20,000 nt of DNA from Trichomonas gallinae (lineage: Eukaryota): positions 50,678 through 70,677 of the forward strand of contig MRSU01000672.1 of assembly GCA_008369845.1 (NCBI GenBank). Direction: 5' to 3'. The notes under the pieces are model-generated. The model saw only the letters and a list, made by a program, of their open reading frames with translations, was not told the origin of the DNA and ran no database searches. A program made the translations under genes and the position numbers. Shown piece by piece: positions 1-8,169 of the stretch; the first letter of the stretch is position 1, and each line of letters begins with the position of its first letter.

Positions 1-483
1 TTATTAATTTCCGAATTTATAATCTTTGATTTGAGTTGTAGTTCAAATTTAAACTATCTATATGTTTCATAACATCTTCATAAATCCCATTAATGTTTGA
101 TGAATAAGCATATTCAAGAAAGGTTCTTGATAAAGCATTAAAGATAAGCATTTAACTCTTCTATATATAATCAAGAAAGCCTAATTTGATATTTGAGATC
201 ATTTAATGAGATGCAATCCGCTTGCAATTTTTTCCCCAAAGTATTGATTTCATTTTTCGATCAAAGTAAAGCGAAATGTAAGCATGCTGTATGTTTATAT
301 GCATATATTTAGAGTAATTTTGGCTCAAAGTGACAAAGAAAAAAATTTGTTTACATACAGTCAAGTTTCGATATAAATTTAAGCTTACATCGCAATGAGT
401 AAATCATATCCAGAAAAACTGGAAATCTTGCGCCGATATAAAAATAAATACGTTATTCGAAAATTTCCAAAAAATTGAAATAA

Positions 484-3400
484 ATGACTTTAAGGGCTGA
501 GCAATTTTGGATAAAAGGGCCACCAGCAGGGCTCCGAGAGAGCATTATTGGGTCTGGCCTCGTAAAAGATTCAAAAATTGCAGCCCAAGTCAATATCAAA
601 CATCCAAAAACAGCACAAATACGAATGACTGATGATACTCTCAACAGATTAAGCGCGACAAAGACAGCTGTTAAGCCTAGGAGGAAATTATCATATACTT
701 CCCATACAGTTTTAGAACCAATTCAAAGAACAAATCCGCAAATCGCCGCATCAAATAGCTGTACATTCGCTGAGCCGCCTAAACGTCAGCCGCCTGATGA
801 AATGTCGCCATTTCCTTATCCTTCCGAAAATGTATTAGTTCCAATCAAAACTCCTTTCGAAGAAGCATTATTAACAGAGAAAACAGCAACTGAGCGCGAG
901 CAATCGCAAGAATTACTCAAAAAATTCAATAAAATCTTAGAAGAACTTGAATATCAAAAAACACAAAAATTAACCCCAACACAACAAGCAGAGAACTATA
1001 GCAACACATTAAATGCGTATTATATGCTATGGAATGATGTTATTCTCAAAATTAAAGGCTATAACAAAGATTATTCGATGATGTTGATTCAAATCAAAGA
1101 TTTCTTCCAAGAACTTCTCGAAAAATTGCCTAAACTTGCTAAATCATATGAGAAAAGACTTGCTGAAATGCAGGATCAGCAAAATGAACTCAGACAAATT
1201 ATTGATCAATTAAATACTCAATGCGAAGAATATAAGAGAGATATCGAAATAGGACAAGATAAATTCGTCAAAATGAATAACACTTTGACACTCACAAGGA
1301 AACAATACGAAGCAGAAAATGCGGAAAAAACAGAATTATTGATTCGAGTCGAAGAACTCAAGAACAAGACAGACGAAGCAACATATAGAGTGGGCAAGCT
1401 CCAAGAGATGAGGAAAACTCTCGAAGGAAAAATAGAAGAATACGTAACAGAAAGCGATGATTTGCATAATCAGATTCACCAATATGAAGCATTAGTCGAA
1501 AAATACGAAGAAGAAGGTGCAGGCTTCAGACCAATGTATCAGAAAGCGTCAGAAGAACTTAACGAGCTCAAAAGAAAATATGAAGAATTAGAAGCCGAAC
1601 TTGCAGAATACAAAGCCCACGAAGCGAAAAGCGATATCGGTACAGATCCCGTCTGGACGATTACCGACTCCTCAACTAAGAATAAATCCGACGGTGGAAA
1701 GAAAGGAAGGGCAAGACAAATTTCGCAGAGCAAAAATCATTTATCGACGAAGAAGGGAGACTCAGTTCACAGCTCTGTGGAGTCATTCAAGCTGAGCGAC
1801 CTGACCGGCAGCCAATCAGCGCTCAGAGATGATTCGCAAAGAGCTTTGTTGGGTAATGATTCGATCGCAGAAATTTCAAGCGACGGCAGCCAGATATTGA
1901 TGACAGAAATGCAGCTAGAACTGCCGAAATCTCAAGAGCCTTCGAAGCCAGCGACACCATTAGATCTCGCAAAGCGTAACGAAAACAACAAATCAAATGA
2001 ATCTATTGCAAGCGTTAAATCAACGAAATCTACTCATTCCAAAGACGGCGAAGAAAAGAATTATAATGCAGAACAAAAAGAACAAACACCAGCGAAGGAA
2101 CAAACAGAAACTTCAGAAGCTCCACCAGAACAAGAACAAGCAGTCGTTGAAGAAGAAGTGTTTGCAAACATCGTTGACAAATTACCGCCTGATTACAATC
2201 CTGATGAATATATTATTTCTCAGGCAGATACAATGGTTACATATGTTTACACTTTGCTGCCAAAGAAATACGACGAATATAATATTTATGCTGGTGCTGA
2301 TGCATTCCAGCTATACGCTATTCCTAAAGATGTCCAGCTCAAGCCTTTCTCATGGACATTGAGGTATGTTATTACTATATTAAGAGACGGCTTCGAGCAG
2401 ATCAAGTCTCAGACCGACGACATAACTTTCAAGGCAATTATCGAGAACGTTATGATGGAATCACATAAGAACGATGCTGTCGTAAGAAGAATCGAAGCTT
2501 CCTTGATGACATCTGTTGTCCACTTTAGGAAGGTTTCTAAGACAATGGACTTCTTCATCAAATTCGTCATCGGAGAATTTTCTGTCACCAATTTCAAGTT
2601 CTTCAATATGCTGTTCAGCTCTTCTTTCTCGTCGATTTTCCCGAGAGTCGAGATAATAACAAACGACCCTGATGTAGAAGAAGATGCAAACGCGTTCACT
2701 ATTCATCTTTCGAACTGCAACAGACTTGCGACGATGTTCTTGAAGATGAACACGCTGCCGAAATCCATCGCTTTGAAGCTAGTTAGAATGGCTCCAGACA
2801 AAAACTATCCAATGATGGTTTCATTCTGGGACTTTGCCACCGAAATGATCTATCTTTTCAACTCCATGCACAAGAATTTCCACACTTCAATCAGAAACTG
2901 CTTCAAGTTGGTTGGCGTCGGAGATGTCGAGAAAATTGTCTTCGATAATTTTGTTGGCTTCTGCTTAGTCATAATGCCAGACTCTACAGATAAGAGCATC
3001 AAAGAGTTATGGAAGACTATCTCTCTGACTGTCGGCGAAATGAATGCATATTACATAGAATATCCATACATTTTGCAGTACTTTGGTGAAAATCAGGCAA
3101 TAGTCGAAGCTATTCTCAGCCTTCCTAAGAACGACGCATTCGATAATCAGTTCAAAGTCATGGTCAACAAGAACGACAGGCTTTACCAGTTCATGAAGAA
3201 CAGATACATTTCTTACATACCACAACTCAAGGCAGCAATCAAACCAGTATTGTTGAACAAGATAATGAAATTCATTTTCAATATAAGAAACCAGATGTTG
3301 AAATGCGATTTGTCAGAAGCATTCATGTATTACAGGCATATCTTACAGACAGTGGATTTGTCAATCACCCAGGCAAATCCTTATTACATATTCCCGCCAA

Positions 3401-3594
3401 CAATGTCAGTAAGCGACGTTGAAACTCTCCTGAATTCTATGAAAGCAAGAGAGAAAGTTACTTATTTCGCTGTCAACGTAGATTTAGCTGACGACATGGA
3501 TAAGTCTGAGTCTTCAGAAAGTCTAAATCCTGCTGATGTCCAAACGTCAAGCAAACAAGAAGGAGATGCACAAGCAACTGCGGCAAAAGTTTAA
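484..3594 (+). CDS. Large coiled-coil protein, possibly TSNAXIP1/AXDND1-like (ciliary), with a C-terminal helical domain and degenerate EF-hand-like segment
   Basis: Uninterrupted 1036-aa ORF ending in TAA, flanked by AT-rich DNA. Long E/K/Q-rich heptad region (about aa 130-385), low-complexity S/E/K linker (about aa 390-560), hydrophobic globular C-terminal half. The start is uncertain: no clear Inr before 484, and there is an alternative in-frame ATG at 625. The gene is secure; the family call is tentative. Confidence 0.85.
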   Translation: MTLRAEQFWIKGPPAGLRESIIGSGLVKDSKIAAQVNIKHPKTAQIRMTDDTLNRLSATKTAVKPRRKLSYTSHTVLEPIQRTNPQIAASNSCTFAEPPKRQPPDEMSPFPYPSENVLVPIKTPFEEALLTEKTATEREQSQELLKKFNKILEELEYQKTQKLTPTQQAENYSNTLNAYYMLWNDVILKIKGYNKDYSMMLIQIKDFFQELLEKLPKLAKSYEKRLAEMQDQQNELRQIIDQLNTQCEEYKRDIEIGQDKFVKMNNTLTLTRKQYEAENAEKTELLIRVEELKNKTDEATYRVGKLQEMRKTLEGKIEEYVTESDDLHNQIHQYEALVEKYEEEGAGFRPMYQKASEELNELKRKYEELEAELAEYKAHEAKSDIGTDPVWTITDSSTKNKSDGGKKGRARQISQSKNHLSTKKGDSVHSSVESFKLSDLTGSQSALRDDSQRALLGNDSIAEISSDGSQILMTEMQLELPKSQEPSKPATPLDLAKRNENNKSNESIASVKSTKSTHSKDGEEKNYNAEQKEQTPAKEQTETSEAPPEQEQAVVEEEVFANIVDKLPPDYNPDEYIISQADTMVTYVYTLLPKKYDEYNIYAGADAFQLYAIPKDVQLKPFSWTLRYVITILRDGFEQIKSQTDDITFKAIIENVMMESHKNDAVVRRIEASLMTSVVHFRKVSKTMDFFIKFVIGEFSVTNFKFFNMLFSSSFSSIFPRVEIITNDPDVEEDANAFTIHLSNCNRLATMFLKMNTLPKSIALKLVRMAPDKNYPMMVSFWDFATEMIYLFNSMHKNFHTSIRNCFKLVGVGDVEKIVFDNFVGFCLVIMPDSTDKSIKELWKTISLTVGEMNAYYIEYPYILQYFGENQAIVEAILSLPKNDAFDNQFKVMVNKNDRLYQFMKNRYISYIPQLKAAIKPVLLNKIMKFIFNIRNQMLKCDLSEAFMYYRHILQTVDLSITQANPYYIFPPTMSVSDVETLLNSMKAREKVTYFAVNVDLADDMDKSESSESLNPADVQTSSKQEGDAQATAAKV

Positions 3595-4021
3595 TTTATT
3601 TTTATTTTTGTTATTTATTTTTATATATAATAAATTGTTGTTTATTTGAAACTATATGATTTCTATTGTTTCACTTTTAAACAGATGTCTTTAAAACCCT
3701 CATTATTATATTTTCAAAATTAATTAATTGCAATTTGGCAATTTTAAAAAGTAATCTTCACTGAATTCAGGTATTAGTACGTTTGTTAACGCTCCTATAA
3801 CTTGGATTTGAATTTTTTAGGGGGTTAAAAAGTGTAATAACCCTTTAATTCTTAAAAACATGAAATTTTGTTTGATATGATAATTACTTAATATACACAT
3901 ATCAAATTTCAAATTTTAATTTTGTCATTCTTTGAAATTTGATTTGATTTAATGTTATATAAAGATGTAGATATCGAATTTTTAATTTTTACAAAATTTT
4001 AAAAAAAACATTTTATTTAAC

Positions 4022-4657
4022 ATGCAACCTTCTTCTCCGCCAGCACCTCTGGAGGATGTAAAATTGCAAAAAATCGAAGTTGCTGGAGCCCTTGAACACG
4101 TTGAGGACCAGCTAAGAGCTACAGAAGAAACAAATTTTGTTTACAATCAAAGAATATCAGAACTCCAAGAAGAATTAAATCAAATGAACAAAAAATCGAA
4201 GAAAGCGTTCAGATTCTTGAATGATAAACTAGAAAAACATCAAGAACGAGGCAAAGTTTTGCAAGAGGTTTATGATAGATACCCAGAAATCGATTTTATG
4301 AAAGAGCAGATCAGAATAATACAAGATTTCTGTAAGACAAGTTCCCAGTATCAGGATAGAAAATTCGATCCTGAATTTCTTCGAGAAATGGGAATTACAA
4401 AAAGCTGCCCAGATCCAAGCCAAAAGCTTATGAAATCCGTCGACTACTTGATCAAGCTATATACAGCAAGATATAAAGGAGTTTTTGGCTTCAAATTATA
4501 TCCATATCAAAATTCTATGGAGGAAGAAAATTTATTCAACCTGATTCACGCATTAAAATCATCAATGAAGAAATCAGCGCAAAGATATGTCGCTGACACT
4601 GAAAAATTGAAAAATGAGATTGCAGAACTTGAAGAACAGATCCTAATGCTAAGCTAA
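4022..4657 (+). CDS. Hypothetical coiled-coil protein (211 aa)
   Basis: ORF from ATG to TAA with a sharp transition from AT-rich flanks. Heptad-like E/K/L/Q segments at both ends. Inr-like ACATT about 10 nt upstream. No family recognised. Confidence 0.8.
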   Translation: MQPSSPPAPLEDVKLQKIEVAGALEHVEDQLRATEETNFVYNQRISELQEELNQMNKKSKKAFRFLNDKLEKHQERGKVLQEVYDRYPEIDFMKEQIRIIQDFCKTSSQYQDRKFDPEFLREMGITKSCPDPSQKLMKSVDYLIKLYTARYKGVFGFKLYPYQNSMEEENLFNLIHALKSSMKKSAQRYVADTEKLKNEIAELEEQILMLS

Positions 4658-4936
4658 TTTACTCTTTTAGAAAGTATAGAAACCACATAATCTCGAAATT
4701 GTTTGTTAAAACTTAATATGTAGAAAGATAATTTTATTTTTTTAATTATATTATGCTTATAGAGTCAAAATATCTAGTATTAAGCTTTAAAACGATTTAA
4801 ATAAAGAAATTTGTTGTATATTAGCTTTGAAATAATATAATTTGATTCAATATTTTTGAATAATTAAGATTCGTGGGTTTAGGATGAAAATAAAATAATA
4901 GTTGATGATTTTAAATCATTTGTTTCGTTGACAAAT

Positions 4937-4941
4937 TCATT
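4937..4941 (+). promoter_or_regulatory. Trichomonad initiator (Inr) TCATT of the importin-beta-like gene; a second TCATT lies at 4916-4920
   Basis: Sequence TCATTTTTAATG matches the TCA(T/C)(T/A) consensus immediately upstream of ATG 4946. Confidence 0.7.
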
Positions 4942-4945
4942 TTTA

Positions 4946-7651
4946 ATGGCTTTTTCTGTCGAAGATTTTTTATCATTAATTGAAACTGCGACAAAATCCA
5001 CAGACAATAAGGCACGATCTTCTGCAGATGCCACATTAATGCAAATAATGCAGTCAGATGGTGAAGGTTTCCTTAAAAATATTTATTTAATAATATCAAA
5101 TCACGAAAATCCACCAGAATGCATCGTGGCATGCTCTGTTATTCTTGGTAGATTTCTTACATTTCAAGAAAAAGCTCATTACGACTACGTGAAACAGATT
5201 TTTGATAAAATTGAGAACGCAGAATTAATAAATCTGCTATTAACTACAATAGATCAAATGGTTAAGCAGATAGAAAGCACACTAATACAAATGCAGGGCG
5301 CACAGCTCATTTCTTTATATTTGCAATTAAAACCAGACAATATTATCAATCTTCTCAGTCAATATATTGACTTATTTGGAACTGAAAACACTCCATTCGA
5401 ATTTCAATGCGTTGTCATACAAATTTTTGATAATATTTTCCATCTCAAGAATATTATGGGTATTATTAAAAATCGTAGGGATACTTTCTTTACAATCGTT
5501 CTTAGATTCGTAGAAATACTTAAATTCATTCTCGCAGTTAATGAAAGTATTAATGATGCAATAATGATTTTGAAATCAAAATCTTTAGTCACACTGCAAA
5601 CGATATTGGATGTATCTTATTATTTGAGTTCTAGAGCAAATGTGAATATCGATTTTGCTACCGATAAAAATATTTTAGAAATTTTAGATTTAATGAATGT
5701 GTTATTACCAGTTCCTGATATCAACTTTTATCAACTATGTCACAATTTACTTCTATCAATTGCTCGAAAATACTACATCTATAATGATGAAATCGTTCAA
5801 AAAACATTAGATTTTATATTTATTGGAATCAGTAATAAAGCAGAAGGATCTGAACCATATAGATGCACATCATTGCAGTTTTTATATGATTTTTCAGGAT
5901 TTGAAATCGAAACAATCCAAAATTATGGAATACCGCCTAAATTTACACCGCAATACATTGAACAACAGTTTCCACTTATCATTGAATGCATTTGTAGCGT
6001 GAATGAGGCAGATTTTGATGTTGAAGAACCAAGTACAATAAATCTTTCAAATGCAGCAGCATCAGCACTTGGCCGTATATTTAAAGCAGCTCCAGCACAA
6101 ACATTTACAGAAATTAAGAAATTTGTTGAAGGATTAGATTTTGAAAATGGAAATTGGGTGATAAAATATGTTTATTCTAATCTATATTACATAGTTGGAT
6201 GCAGGATTCCATATCAGATCCACGAAGTACTCAAACAGCACTTAAAAGCATTTATCAGTAAAAACTTTATCAACATGATACAATTAATGTACTCGCAGCA
6301 CCAAAGATTACGCGAAGTCGTGATTTGGTCAATAGGACAAACAATTGGGCACCATCCAAGTCTTTTCACGGATAATGTCAACCCATTCGAACTTCTAAAT
6401 CAAATAATAAACGCTGCAGCTATGAATGATACGGTGACAGATAATGTCGATGGATTAATCCACAAAAGAATAATTTCTTTGTTGCACAATATTTGCAGAT
6501 GCTACACACCTGAGCATGTCAGCAGTCCCCTAGACTATGGATCAGGCTCAGAAATAATCAGATCGCTTATATTAAGCATCTTATCATTAGAAAAAACGCA
6601 GCAAGATTACGATTTAATCATTAGATGCTACGAAGCGTTGAATTGTTTATATCAAAACTGCCGATTGAATCCACCGGCAATTGATGAATACATGAGTATC
6701 ACGCTGATGAATATGCAGGCAGTCATGAGCAAAGATTGCGATGAGTTCATTAAATTCACCCATGTTTCTGGAATCTGTTCAAACATTTCAGTATTAATGT
6801 CAAGAATTAAAAATTGCATCGATATTTTCATTAATCATCCGTCGCCAGACAATGATATTCTTCTTGAAAAGGCGAAATCATATATCGACACAATCGTGAC
6901 AAACATGTTCATACTTCTCGACAACAAGAACGAAATGATATACACTGAAGCAATGAGAACAATAGCAATGACAATTATATGTGGATCAAAATTTGACGGT
7001 TTCATGCCTAACTTAGAAAAACTTTCTGATTACATTCTCGGAAGTTTTGAGTCCAACAATGATGAAGTAATCGCGAGCAGCTGCACGCTTATATCAGATA
7101 TGTTCAGAGTTTTGCCTGCTATGCGCGAGAATTTTTCCAAACCTTATCTAGATGTTTTATGCCAACATGTTAATGGTGATGTTCTCTCAATTTCTGCTCA
7201 TTCGCATGTTTTTGAGGCGATGGCTGACATAGTTTCAGTTTTAGACAGAGAAATTGCTGTGCAATACGCAGAGCCGATTCTTTCGACATGCTCTTTGTTC
7301 ATCCCATACATGGGAATAGATGATGAATCTGGAGCCGATGCATGCGCAGCCGCTGCAAGAGGCATGACTGTTTTCGGAGCAATTAGTCACCCTGCGCCTG
7401 ATAGTATGGCTGAGAGATCTATAATAAAAATCGTTGAAATAATTTGTGGAAACATTTCGGCCTTGTCTGCGCCCATAGATCACTGCTACATTCGCGCTTT
7501 GGAGATGATCCGCGTTTTCTCTAAATTCGTCAGCAAAAAGAACATTCAACGCCTTCATACTGGTAAGTTCATCTCCTTGATAGAAAAGGCTGGAAAGAGG
7601 AGCAGTCTCAAAAATGCTGTTGAGGCAACATTAACAGCTCTTAATTCATAA
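4946..7651 (+). CDS. Importin-beta1 (Kap95)-like karyopherin, HEAT repeats, divergent (901 aa)
   Basis: The length matches importin-beta. Segments correspond in order to recalled importin-beta1 landmarks: N-terminal IBN_N-like LIETATKSTDNKARSSADATL, acidic loop DFDVEEP..LSNAAASAL, QRLREVVIWSIGQ (cf. VVRDTAAWTVGR), RCYEAL (cf. SAYESL), SSCTLISDMFRVL (cf. AAVGLVGDLCRAL), VFEAMADIV (cf. ILSVFGDIA). Start moved from the track's TTG at 4928 to the ATG at 4946, which follows the Inr TCATT. Confidence 0.75.
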   Translation: MAFSVEDFLSLIETATKSTDNKARSSADATLMQIMQSDGEGFLKNIYLIISNHENPPECIVACSVILGRFLTFQEKAHYDYVKQIFDKIENAELINLLLTTIDQMVKQIESTLIQMQGAQLISLYLQLKPDNIINLLSQYIDLFGTENTPFEFQCVVIQIFDNIFHLKNIMGIIKNRRDTFFTIVLRFVEILKFILAVNESINDAIMILKSKSLVTLQTILDVSYYLSSRANVNIDFATDKNILEILDLMNVLLPVPDINFYQLCHNLLLSIARKYYIYNDEIVQKTLDFIFIGISNKAEGSEPYRCTSLQFLYDFSGFEIETIQNYGIPPKFTPQYIEQQFPLIIECICSVNEADFDVEEPSTINLSNAAASALGRIFKAAPAQTFTEIKKFVEGLDFENGNWVIKYVYSNLYYIVGCRIPYQIHEVLKQHLKAFISKNFINMIQLMYSQHQRLREVVIWSIGQTIGHHPSLFTDNVNPFELLNQIINAAAMNDTVTDNVDGLIHKRIISLLHNICRCYTPEHVSSPLDYGSGSEIIRSLILSILSLEKTQQDYDLIIRCYEALNCLYQNCRLNPPAIDEYMSITLMNMQAVMSKDCDEFIKFTHVSGICSNISVLMSRIKNCIDIFINHPSPDNDILLEKAKSYIDTIVTNMFILLDNKNEMIYTEAMRTIAMTIICGSKFDGFMPNLEKLSDYILGSFESNNDEVIASSCTLISDMFRVLPAMRENFSKPYLDVLCQHVNGDVLSISAHSHVFEAMADIVSVLDREIAVQYAEPILSTCSLFIPYMGIDDESGADACAAAARGMTVFGAISHPAPDSMAERSIIKIVEIICGNISALSAPIDHCYIRALEMIRVFSKFVSKKNIQRLHTGKFISLIEKAGKRSSLKNAVEATLTALNS

Positions 7652-7814
7652 CTTATATCTATAGAACTTTGTGTAAAGATTGATTCATTCTTTACCTAAT
7701 AACTATTTTATATTCTTGTCATATAAATATAAATAATTTTGAATACAGTAATTAAAGCTAATAGAATGATTTTGGTTCATAATTAGATATCAATAATTAT
7801 TGATGTTTTACAAT

Positions 7815-8098
7815 TGTAATAACACTATCAAAGTAATTTGTGACTTTACAAAGTATTGACAGCTTCCAAGCTGGACAATTTTCACTTTCCCAGCCGAAGC
7901 TTGTATCAACAGAGGAACATTTTCAAAAAATATTGAAGATCTGAAAAGAACACCAAAAACAAAAGAAATGTTCAACAAAATCTACGATATTTTCTATCGT
8001 AATTAACAGAAAACGATTTTGATGCTTAGAATTTTGCAATGATAGAGTATTTATGCGATATTCAAAACGAAAATGGTGATCAAAATATAATTTTCTAG
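7815..8098 (+). pseudogene. Possible decayed gene fragment, perhaps from a trichomonad ankyrin-repeat protein family
   Basis: Protein-like translation CNNTIKVICDFTKY*QLPSWTIFTFPAEACINRGTFSKNIEDLKRTPKTKEMFNKIYDIFYR, then a frameshift near 8003 to LTENDFDA*NFAMIEYLCDIQNENGDQNIIF*. Stops at 7857, 8027 and 8096. The family resemblance is from memory only. Confidence 0.35.
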
Positions 8099-8169
8099 CG
8101 AAAGAAGAAACAAAAACTGCATCAATATATAGAGGTTATAATTTAGTTTGAAAGTTGTTGATAAACTAA

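Noticed and set aside
100..155. Short ATAAGCAT-like repeats and a TCAAGAA/TTCTTGA inverted repeat
   Set aside because: Too short and AT-rich to distinguish from chance.
3690..3845. Telomere-like words (AAACCCT, TTAGGG, TAACCCT)
   Set aside because: Isolated single copies, not a tandem array.
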